DNA from: Thermodesulfovibrionales bacterium
Lineage (GTDB): Bacteria > Nitrospirota > Thermodesulfovibrionia > Thermodesulfovibrionales > SM23-35
Length of the DNA stretch: 64,000 bases
Direction of reading: 5' to 3'
NCBI GenBank assembly: GCA_030019415.1
Contig: JASEEX010000006.1
Location: 693 to 64,692, forward strand
A program made the translations under genes and the position numbers. The notes under the pieces were generated by a model. The model did not search any database and had not been told where the DNA came from. It saw only the letters and a list, made by a program, of their open reading frames with translations. Shown one piece after another: positions 54,568 to 64,000 of this stretch; the stretch's first letter is position 1, and each line of letters begins with the position of its first letter.

Positions 54568-54993
54568 ATGGAGAAAACACTATCAATAGTTAAACCTGAT
54601 GGTGTAAAGAAAAACCTAATCGGTGAAGTCATGGGAAGATTTGAACAAAAAAATCTCCGGATTGCTGCACTGAAGATGCTCAAACTTTCTAAGGAGGAGG
54701 CAATGAGTTTTTACGCTGTTCATAAGGATAAACCCTTCTATGACAGCCTTACTGACTCCATATCAGCAGGGCCTATTGTAGTTATGGTAGTGGAAGGCAA
54801 TGATGCCATCTCAATGGTCAGGAAGCTGATGGGGGCAACAAACCCGAAGGATGCCGCACCAGGCACAATCAGGGCTGATTTTGCCTCAGATATCGAGCAC
54901 AATATAGTTCACGGCTCGGATTCAGAAGAATCAGCTTCCTTTGAGATACCCTTCTTTTTTTCTCTTCTTGAGATTCACCCTGTTGTTGCATAA
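54568..54993 (+). CDS. ndk: nucleoside diphosphate kinase
   Basis: TLSIVKPD and NIVHGSDS (active-site His). Confidence 0.95.
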   Translation: MEKTLSIVKPDGVKKNLIGEVMGRFEQKNLRIAALKMLKLSKEEAMSFYAVHKDKPFYDSLTDSISAGPIVVMVVEGNDAISMVRKLMGATNPKDAAPGTIRADFASDIEHNIVHGSDSEESASFEIPFFFSLLEIHPVVA

Positions 54994-55103
54994 ATTGCTA
55001 TGAGTGTTATGTACGCATATATATTGTTCCAACAACAGGGTTCAATGAAGTATATTGACTTTCTCTGCAAAAAAGTATTACTCTGAATCATTCGAGGGAT
55101 AGA

Positions 55104-57545
55104 ATGTTTGAGAAGTTTACGGAGAGAGGAAGAAAGGTAATTATATACGCAAAGGAAGAAGCCGAGAAACGTCAAAATGACTACCTCGGCACAGAACATC
55201 TCTTACTTGCTATCCTGAGAGAAGAAGATAGCCTACCTGTAGCAATCCTCAAAAGGATGGGCATAACTCGAGAGGAAATTCGTATGGAGGTAGAAAGAAA
55301 CCTACTTCAAGGGACAGACCTTATGATCCTCGACGATGTACCCTTTACACCACGGGCCAAAAAGGTCCTTGAACTTGCTGTTGAAGAGGCACGGCTCCTC
55401 GGGCATAATTATATTGGGAGTGAACATATTCTCCTTGGCCTGATAAGGGAAGGAGAGGGTACAGGTGGCAAGATACTGCGTAACTTCGGTGCCAACCTAC
55501 TTGGAGCAAGGCAGCTCACGATCAACTTCTCAATAAGGACTCATACACATGTAAAAGAGAGAAGGAGCACAACCCCCGCACTCGACGAGTTTGGGAGAGA
55601 CCTGACGCTTATGGCAAGAGAGGGGAAACTTGATCCTGTAATAGATAGAGAAGACGAGATAGAACGTCTAATCCAGATACTGGGCAGGAGGATTAAAAAC
55701 AACCCTGTAATTATTGGTGAACCTGGTGTTGGAAAGACGGCTGTAGTCGAAGGGCTTGCTCAGAAGATTGTTTCGAGTGATGTCCCTGATAGCCTATTAG
55801 GAAAACGCATAGTCTCCCTTGACCTCGGTGCCCTGATTGCAGGGACAAAATACAGAGGTCAGTTTGAAGAGAGGCTTAAGATCGTCATGAAGGAGATTAT
55901 CCAATCAGACAATGTCGTGCTCTTTGTTGACGAGCTTCATACACTTATAGGCGCAGGTGCTGCAGAGGGGTCTGTAGATGCATCGAGCATGCTCAAACCT
56001 GCCCTTTCAAGAGGGGAGATACAGTGTATCGGCGCAACTACACCTGATGAGTACAGAAAATATATAGAAAAGGATGGTGCCCTTGAACGCAGGTTCCAGC
56101 CGATTAATGTACAGCCCCCTGGTGTGGAGAGTACGATAAACATCTTAAGAGGGCTAAAATCCAGATATGAGGCCCATCACAAAGTCAAGATAACTGATGC
56201 CGCAATAGAAGCTGCAGCAAGGTTATCCGATAGATATATCTCTGATAGATATCTACCCGACAAGGCAATAGATGTTATAGATGAAACAGGGTCGAGGATT
56301 AAGCTAAAAAGGTATAGCCTCCCTCAGGAATTGAAGGAGCTCGAGGCTGAGATACTGAGGATCTCCAAAGAAAAAAACCTATATGTAAAACTCCATGACC
56401 TTGAAAAGGCCTCATCTGTTCGGTTAGAGGAAGAAAAACTCAAAAAGATTTATGAACAGTTACATAGACAATGGAGAGACAATATAAACAAGGAGATACC
56501 TTCTGCAATAGAAGAGGATGCTGCATATACAGTATCTAAGATGACGGGTATACCTCTTGCGAAACTTGAAGAAAAGGAATCGGAGAAACTTATAAGGATG
56601 GAGGAAGAACTCCACAGAAGGATAATAGGTCAGGAAGAGGCAATAAAGGCAGTCTCGAGGGCGATAAGAAGGTCAAGGGCAGGGCTTAAGTCCAGCAAAA
56701 AACCGATAGGCTCTTTCTTCTTTTTAGGACCTACAGGTGTGGGTAAGACGGAGCTCGCAAAGGCCTTAGCATGGTTCATGTTCAATGACGAGAATTCACT
56801 CGTAAAGATAGACATGTCCGAATATATGGAGAGGTTTAATGTCTCGAGACTCACGGGCGCCCCACCAGGCTATGTCGGCTATGAAGAAGGGGGGCAGCTG
56901 ACGGAAAGGATAAGGAAGAAGCCATACTCTGTGGTACTTTTTGACGAGATAGAGAAGGCACACCCGGATGTCTTCAATATTCTCCTTCAGGTGCTTGATG
57001 AAGGAGTGCTTACGGACAGCTTTGGGAGAAAGGTAGATTTCAAGAATACTGTAATTACAATGACCTCTAATATTGGTGCAAGGCTAATCGAAAAGGCAAC
57101 ACCTTTAGGTTTCCAGAAAGGCACACCCGAGGTTGTGTACGAAAAGATGAAAGAGAATGTTCTGAACGAACTTAAAAAAACATTTAACCCTGAGTTTCTG
57201 AACCGTGTTGACGGAATAGTTGTATTCCATCCCCTCGAAAAAGAGCATCTACTATCTATTGTAGATTTACTTGTGGAAGAGACAAACAGAATGCTACTTG
57301 AAAGGGATCTTATAATTGAGTTGTCAAAGGAAGTAAAGGAGTGGATAATAAAGCACTACTATCAGCCTGTATATGGTGCAAGGCCAATGAGAAGAGCTGT
57401 TCAAAAGGTGATAGAAGATCCCTTATCAGAAGAAATCCTCAAGGGAAGCTTTAAAGGCATACATAAGATAAAAGTTGTCCTTGAGGGAGATACACCTACA
57501 TTTACAGAGGCCGAAGAGACCTCTCTCCTATCCGGAGTGAGCTGA
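55104..57545 (+). CDS. clpC: ATP-dependent Clp protease ATP-binding subunit ClpC
   Basis: Clp_N repeats, two AAA modules ([16 protein letters not shown]), and a UVR-like linker. 813 aa. Confidence 0.9.
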   Translation: MFEKFTERGRKVIIYAKEEAEKRQNDYLGTEHLLLAILREEDSLPVAILKRMGITREEIRMEVERNLLQGTDLMILDDVPFTPRAKKVLELAVEEARLLGHNYIGSEHILLGLIREGEGTGGKILRNFGANLLGARQLTINFSIRTHTHVKERRSTTPALDEFGRDLTLMAREGKLDPVIDREDEIERLIQILGRRIKNNPVIIGEPGVGKTAVVEGLAQKIVSSDVPDSLLGKRIVSLDLGALIAGTKYRGQFEERLKIVMKEIIQSDNVVLFVDELHTLIGAGAAEGSVDASSMLKPALSRGEIQCIGATTPDEYRKYIEKDGALERRFQPINVQPPGVESTINILRGLKSRYEAHHKVKITDAAIEAAARLSDRYISDRYLPDKAIDVIDETGSRIKLKRYSLPQELKELEAEILRISKEKNLYVKLHDLEKASSVRLEEEKLKKIYEQLHRQWRDNINKEIPSAIEEDAAYTVSKMTGIPLAKLEEKESEKLIRMEEELHRRIIGQEEAIKAVSRAIRRSRAGLKSSKKPIGSFFFLGPTGVGKTELAKALAWFMFNDENSLVKIDMSEYMERFNVSRLTGAPPGYVGYEEGGQLTERIRKKPYSVVLFDEIEKAHPDVFNILLQVLDEGVLTDSFGRKVDFKNTVITMTSNIGARLIEKATPLGFQKGTPEVVYEKMKENVLNELKKTFNPEFLNRVDGIVVFHPLEKEHLLSIVDLLVEETNRMLLERDLIIELSKEVKEWIIKHYYQPVYGARPMRRAVQKVIEDPLSEEILKGSFKGIHKIKVVLEGDTPTFTEAEETSLLSGVS

Positions 57546-57573
57546 TTCAGTCTTAACCATCTGAATTAAGACT

Positions 57574-58092
57574 TTGAGAAACAAGGCTCTCATCCTTTTT
57601 ACAATACTACTCCTCGGAATTACCTTTTTGGTGGTACGGCATCAGTACAGTTCAAAGAGAACCATTATCGGCACTGAGGCACCAGAGATTGAGGTAACAG
57701 ACATCCACAAGAACAGGGTAAAACTTTCAGAATTAAAAGGCTCTCTTGTAGTTATCAATTTCTGGGCTTCTTGGTGCTCCTCATGTGTCGATGAAATTCC
57801 CTCTATCGAGGGCCTATTTAAAAATCTGTCAGGGAACCCACAATTCAGGCTCATCACCATCCTCTATAGAGACGATGGTGATAGGGTATCCAGGTCTATG
57901 AAAGAAAAGGGCTATACCTTCCCCATCTATAGTGACCCTGTCGGTGCAGCTGCTAAAAGCTTTGGTATTACTGGTGTACCTGAGACATTCTTCATTGATA
58001 AGAAGGGAATTCTGAGAAATAAAGTCATAGGCCCCTTACAGTGGGATTCACCACGTGTTATAGCATCACTCCAAAGCCTTATGAATGAATAA
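57574..58092 (+). CDS. TlpA-family thiol:disulfide oxidoreductase
   Basis: N-terminal TM anchor and a thioredoxin fold with WASWCSSC. Confidence 0.8.
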   Translation: MRNKALILFTILLLGITFLVVRHQYSSKRTIIGTEAPEIEVTDIHKNRVKLSELKGSLVVINFWASWCSSCVDEIPSIEGLFKNLSGNPQFRLITILYRDDGDRVSRSMKEKGYTFPIYSDPVGAAAKSFGITGVPETFFIDKKGILRNKVIGPLQWDSPRVIASLQSLMNE

Positions 58093-58094
58093 CC

Positions 58095-58616
58095 ATGGGG
58101 AAAATCAAACCTGCTGAGCCAGTTCTCCTTTTTCTGAGTACGCTTTATTCAAGCTCAGATGTATTCGATGGTTCAAAGGCATTACTCGAGAAATATTTTG
58201 GTGATACCGTGCTGGTGAGTCCTTCCCTTCCATGGGACTATTCTTCTTATTATAAGGATGAAATCGGCTGGCCCTTATTCAGGCAGTTCATCTTTTTTAA
58301 AAACTTTATTGACCCTGGGAAGCTTGCGGATATAAAACTAAAGACCAATGAAATCGAAGCTGCCCTCTCTTCTGAAGGGAAAAGACGCATCAATCTCGAT
58401 CCCGGTTACCTCACCCTGTCAAAGATAGTCCTTGCATCGACGAAAAACTACGCCCACCGCATCTATCTCGGCAAGGGTATCTATGGTGAGATAACTCTTA
58501 TATATAAGGGTGGTATATACAACCCCCTCTTCTACACCTACAGGGATTATCAGGATAAAACGTATATTGATATATTCATGAACGCAAGGGCGATCTTAAA
58601 GAAGATGCTGGGTTAA
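58095..58616 (+). CDS. DUF4416 family protein
   Basis: Recalled family pattern: YYxxExG...INLDPGYL...LASTKNYxHRIYL. Confidence 0.5.
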   Translation: MGKIKPAEPVLLFLSTLYSSSDVFDGSKALLEKYFGDTVLVSPSLPWDYSSYYKDEIGWPLFRQFIFFKNFIDPGKLADIKLKTNEIEAALSSEGKRRINLDPGYLTLSKIVLASTKNYAHRIYLGKGIYGEITLIYKGGIYNPLFYTYRDYQDKTYIDIFMNARAILKKMLG

Positions 58617-58836
58617 GGGAGGCCACATATTGGGGGACTGCCTTGTAAAACATCGTGTATCCTCCTTCTTAATATTGAAATAGAGGCACCAATAGTTGAC
58701 AGTTTTAGTTGAAAGGTATCTGCTCATTGCGGGACCAGAGTTAGAACGATGATTGCTTGAGAATGGAAGGAAGTTTGGATGGATGTATTTGCCCATGGAT
58801 TATGGAGTTACGCCATCCTAAGGAAAAGTAAACACA

Positions 58837-58950
58837 ATGAAATTGAAGGACAAGGTAGCAATTGTTACTGGTAGCGCCCGAGGTCTGGGCAAGGCTTATG
58901 CTTTACGTTTAGCAGATGAAGGGGCAAAGATTGTGGTTGCTGCTATTATG
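58837..58950 (+). pseudogene. N-terminal remnant of a short-chain dehydrogenase/reductase
   Basis: [34 protein letters not shown] is the Rossmann start only. The frame then runs into the antisense strand of proB. Confidence 0.55.
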
Positions 58951-58976
58951 CTCAAACGTCCAACCAAAACTCGTTT

Positions 58977-61155
<2,179 letters not shown>

Positions 61156-61162
61156 TTACTGC

Positions 61163-61423
61163 TTACTGGATTAACGGATAAACGCTTACCTGTAATCTTG
61201 CCCTATCTTTCCTCTCGAAGTTAACTACACCATCAATCTTTGCAAAAAGGGTGTCATCTGAGCCTCTGCCAACATTCAGACCTGGATGGAATTTTGTACC
61301 CCTCTGCCTTACAAGTATATTCCCTGCACGGACGTGCTGCCCACCGAACCTTTTAACTCCAAGGCGTTTTGCCTCGCTGTCACGGCCGTTTCTTGAACTC
61401 CCTACACCTCTTTTATGTGCCAT
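61163..61423 (-). CDS. rpmA: 50S ribosomal protein L27
   Basis: [24 protein letters not shown] is the canonical N-terminus. Confidence 0.95.
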   Translation of the reverse strand: MAHKRGVGSSRNGRDSEAKRLGVKRFGGQHVRAGNILVRQRGTKFHPGLNVGRGSDDTLFAKIDGVVNFERKDRARLQVSVYPLIQ

Positions 61424-61742
61424 ATTTATCCCCCAAAACTATCTCTTTAATCTTCAAAGATGTATAAGGCTGCCTGTGTCCCCTGAGTTTCCTGGAGGCC
61501 TTGCGCGGTTTCTGTTTGAACACGATTACCTTACTTGCCTTCCCTGTATCGTCAACAGTTGCTAAAACCTCAGCCCCACTAACATAAGGAGACCCAAATA
61601 TACGCCTGTCTTCCTTAGAGACCATAAGAACCTTATCGAGAACAACCTCAGACCCTTTCTCCAGAGAAAGCTTCTCAACTCTTAGGATATCACCAGGGGA
61701 GACCTTATACTGTCTTCCACCACTTTCAACTATTGCGTACAT
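61413..61742 (-). CDS. rplU: 50S ribosomal protein L21
   Basis: [14 protein letters not shown] is the canonical start at 61742. The longer track ORF upstream is spurious. Confidence 0.9.
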   Translation of the reverse strand: MYAIVESGGRQYKVSPGDILRVEKLSLEKGSEVVLDKVLMVSKEDRRIFGSPYVSGAEVLATVDDTGKASKVIVFKQKPRKASRKLRGHRQPYTSLKIKEIVLGDKYGT

Positions 61743-61798
61743 TTTATTTAAAATATACCACAACGCCGCAGGAAAAACAAGAGATGGAGACCTACGTT

Positions 61799-62602
61799 TT
61801 ATCTCAGCACAATGCCTGCATAACCAACAACACGTTCGTAATCTCCACTTACATCTGCAGATGTAGAATATTTTACAAGTCTTGCAGAATGGGCACCGAG
61901 TGCCTTCGCAGCAAATAGCATCGTTGTGGTAGGGAGATAACCACACATGGATATCTTTTCCTTCATCACTATCTCATACAGGCCCTCAGGGTCAAGGGAT
62001 AGTATCTTATCTATTGCCTTTCCGTCTTTCTGCCTTGCAACATCGTCAGGCACATAATGGCTCATATCCGAGCTTGCCACAACAACGACAGAATAGCCTG
62101 TATCCTTCACTGCTTTTGCTATGCCCTCTCCGAGCATTCTGCATTCTTCAATAGAGGCTGAAAGAATAACGATGGGCACAATCTTTGTTTCCTTTGAGAA
62201 ATACGCAATAAAGGGAAGCTGAACCTCCAGTGAATGTTCAAACATATGTGCCTGGGTGTCTTTAGTCACAATGGGTGCGTTCAGAGCAATGCCGGAGGAA
62301 ATTTTTTCATCTATCTGGAAAACCCCTGTTGGTATCTCCCACTCACCTGATTCCATCAAGGACATCTGTGCACCAAGGCCTGTATGATTTGGCCCTATCA
62401 GTACAAATGTCTCTGGAAAATCTATTGAAGAATAAACAGCCCCTGCAACAGGGCCTGAGTATACTAAACCTGCATGGGGAGAAACTATACCAATTACCTT
62501 TTCCTTCTTTGCGCTTCTGTCTACATATTTCTCAACCTGTTGAGTTAACTTAGATACAGTAACATGATAAAATTGGCCTGCAACAGCCGGAGACCTTCTC
62601 AA
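61799..62602 (-). CDS. Memo1-family protein (AmmeMemoRadiSam system protein B type)
   Basis: R.PAVAGQFY N-terminus and the His/Asp/Cys metal-site pattern (SPHAGLVYSG, DMSHY). 267 aa. Confidence 0.8.
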   Translation of the reverse strand: MRRSPAVAGQFYHVTVSKLTQQVEKYVDRSAKKEKVIGIVSPHAGLVYSGPVAGAVYSSIDFPETFVLIGPNHTGLGAQMSLMESGEWEIPTGVFQIDEKISSGIALNAPIVTKDTQAHMFEHSLEVQLPFIAYFSKETKIVPIVILSASIEECRMLGEGIAKAVKDTGYSVVVVASSDMSHYVPDDVARQKDGKAIDKILSLDPEGLYEIVMKEKISMCGYLPTTTMLFAAKALGAHSARLVKYSTSADVSGDYERVVGYAGIVLR

Positions 62603-63966
62603 AATGCCTCCTCTATATCCTTATATTCTCTGTCAGTCCGGTTCAGAAACCTTGTGCAGTTCGAAATAAACGTGAGCTTAACTATACCAGTTGGACCGTT
62701 TCTCTGCTTTGCTATATTGACCTCTGCCTGTCCTTTATTTGCCGGGTTATCCTTGTTGTAAATCTCATCCCTGTAGAGAAAAAGTATGACATCGGCATCC
62801 TGCTCGATCGCACCTGATTCTCTAAGATCTGCTAAAATAGGCTTCGGAGGCCTACGCTGCTCTACACTTCTGTTAAGCTGGCTAACCGCGATAACGGGTA
62901 CATTTAGTTCCTTTGCCAGGGCCTTGAGAGAACGCGATATCTCGGATATCTCCTGTTCCCGCCTTTCGAAACTTCCCTTTCCCCTCATCAACTGAAGGTA
63001 GTCCACTATCACGAGGCCGAGTCCATGCTCCATTTTTAACCTTCTTGCCTTTGCCCGTAGCTCAAGAACGGTAATGCCTGATGAATCATCTATAAAGATC
63101 GGTGCCCCTGTGAGGTTACTTGCTGCACTTGTTAATTTATGCCAGTCCTCTTTTTTTATAAACCCTTTTCTGATACTGCTTGAGTTCACCATCGCCTCGG
63201 AACAGAGCATCCTGAATGCAAGTTGTTCTTTTGCCATCTCAAGACTAAATATGGCAACAGGCTCTCTCAATTCAACCCCAACATGTTGGGCAATATTAAG
63301 GGCAAATGCCGTCTTGCCCATCGAAGGCCTTCCACCAACGACTATGAGCTCCCCCCTCTGAAAACCCGTTGTCAGTTCGTCAAGGTCTCTGAAGCTTGAA
63401 GGGACACCTGTTATTGTCTCTTTCTTATCATAGAGATGTTCGATCATCTCGAAACTGCCTTTGATGACCTCCTTTAAGGTAACAAAGGATGTCTTAACCC
63501 TCTTGTCCGAGATATCAAAGACGGACTTCTCCGCATAGTCCACAAGCTCTTCGGCCTCAAGATTGTCTTCGTATACCTTGCTGGCAATCTCTGTTGCTGA
63601 CCTCAGAAGACTCCTTAAAAGGCCTTTCTCTCTGACTATCTTTGAATGATATTTTATATTTGCTGCGGTTGGAACCATATTCACCAAAGAGGATAGATAA
63701 GAGACCCCCCCGACAGCATCTAATCCATCACGCCTTTTCAGATAATCTGTCAGGGTTATAAGGTCTATGGGTTCATTCTTATCAAAAAGTTCTATCATCG
63801 CATTAAATATCTTCCTGTGGGATTGTTTATAGAAATCCTCAGGGTCGATGACCTCCAGCGCTTTGGGTAATGCCTCGTTATCAATAAGTATAGCGCCTAA
63901 GATAGATTGTTCTGCCTCTATGTTCTGGGGAGGTAGTCTATCTAACTGCGAGTCTATTTCCTTCAT
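62599..63966 (-). CDS. dnaB: replicative DNA helicase DnaB
   Basis: PPQNIEAEQSILGA N-terminus, Walker A GGRPSMGKTAF, and the VIAVSQLNR motif. Confidence 0.95.
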   Translation of the reverse strand: MKEIDSQLDRLPPQNIEAEQSILGAILIDNEALPKALEVIDPEDFYKQSHRKIFNAMIELFDKNEPIDLITLTDYLKRRDGLDAVGGVSYLSSLVNMVPTAANIKYHSKIVREKGLLRSLLRSATEIASKVYEDNLEAEELVDYAEKSVFDISDKRVKTSFVTLKEVIKGSFEMIEHLYDKKETITGVPSSFRDLDELTTGFQRGELIVVGGRPSMGKTAFALNIAQHVGVELREPVAIFSLEMAKEQLAFRMLCSEAMVNSSSIRKGFIKKEDWHKLTSAASNLTGAPIFIDDSSGITVLELRAKARRLKMEHGLGLVIVDYLQLMRGKGSFERREQEISEISRSLKALAKELNVPVIAVSQLNRSVEQRRPPKPILADLRESGAIEQDADVILFLYRDEIYNKDNPANKGQAEVNIAKQRNGPTGIVKLTFISNCTRFLNRTDREYKDIEEAF

Positions 63967-64000
63967 TCCTGAATAACCTGAATATTAAGTTGTACTGATA

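Noticed and set aside
61743-61946. Cys-rich 68-aa N-terminal extension of the L21 ORF (MWLSPYHNDAICCEGTRCPFCKTCK...), which looks like a zinc-finger peptide.
   Set aside because: It overlaps the 3' end of the Memo-like gene in another frame. L21 has its canonical [14 protein letters not shown] start at 61742. The extension is a frame artefact.
62599-64000. Possibility that the dnaB-proximal end of the window contains a replication origin.
   Set aside because: No cluster of DnaA-box-like TTATCCACA/TGTGGATAA sequences and no dnaA/dnaN genes were seen. The AT-rich palindromes elsewhere are intra-operon spacers, not origin-like.

Overview
64-kb chromosomal segment from a moderately AT-rich, probably anaerobic bacterium. 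The gene content (hyp maturation genes, tungstate uptake, sigma-54, a non-canonical citrate-synthase candidate, nitroreductases) resembles Nitrospirota/Thermodesulfovibrio-like or deltaproteobacterial lineages, but this taxonomic guess is low confidence. Core blocks: (1) 0.1-2.5 kb RRM/S21/KH RNA-binding genes and ribD. (2) 2.6-8.9 kb DUF948-YtxH-hypA-hypB-hypF-hypD-hypE, with no hypC and no hydrogenase structural genes. (3) 9.2-12 kb pdxJ, convergent with an eRF1/Pelota-like (baeRF/VLRF1-type) gene that overlaps an AI-2E transporter gene. (4) 12.2-16.8 kb lptC-lptA-lptB-rpoN-hpf-rapZ. (5) 39.6-64 kb housekeeping genes: fis-like, tgt, CDF, peptide SBP, secG, tpiA, rnc-fabF-acpP-fabG, HCS/IPMS-like synthase + icd, CNNM, mdh, ndk, clpC, tlpA, proB-obg-rpmA-rplU, Memo-like, dnaB. 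Between about 16.8 and 39.5 kb lies a looser block containing three tRNAs, tupABC, three M48 proteases, an archaemetzincin, DUF89, DUF763, radical SAM and HD genes, and an unusually dense set of truncated or internally deleted gene remnants (21.4-33 kb). The most unusual signal is a layer of small repetitive DNA rather than a gene cluster. (i) Perfect G/C-run hairpins are inserted in frame inside three unrelated CDSs (hypF, cbiE-like, peptide SBP), similar to Rickettsia palindromic elements. (ii) Heptamer-phased, strand-asymmetric (G-poor arm / C-poor arm) long imperfect palindromes fill intra-operon spacers, and heptamer arrays occur even inside hypF. (iii) A 139-bp MITE with 18-bp TIRs and a TTAAA target duplication is present, plus an identical half copy. 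(iv) A second TIR family carries CCCCGTTAGAA ends. (v) A 19-nt copy of the tRNA-Ser(GCU) 3' end lies 22.5 kb downstream of that tRNA. I found no rRNA, CRISPR array, transposase, integrase or prophage genes.
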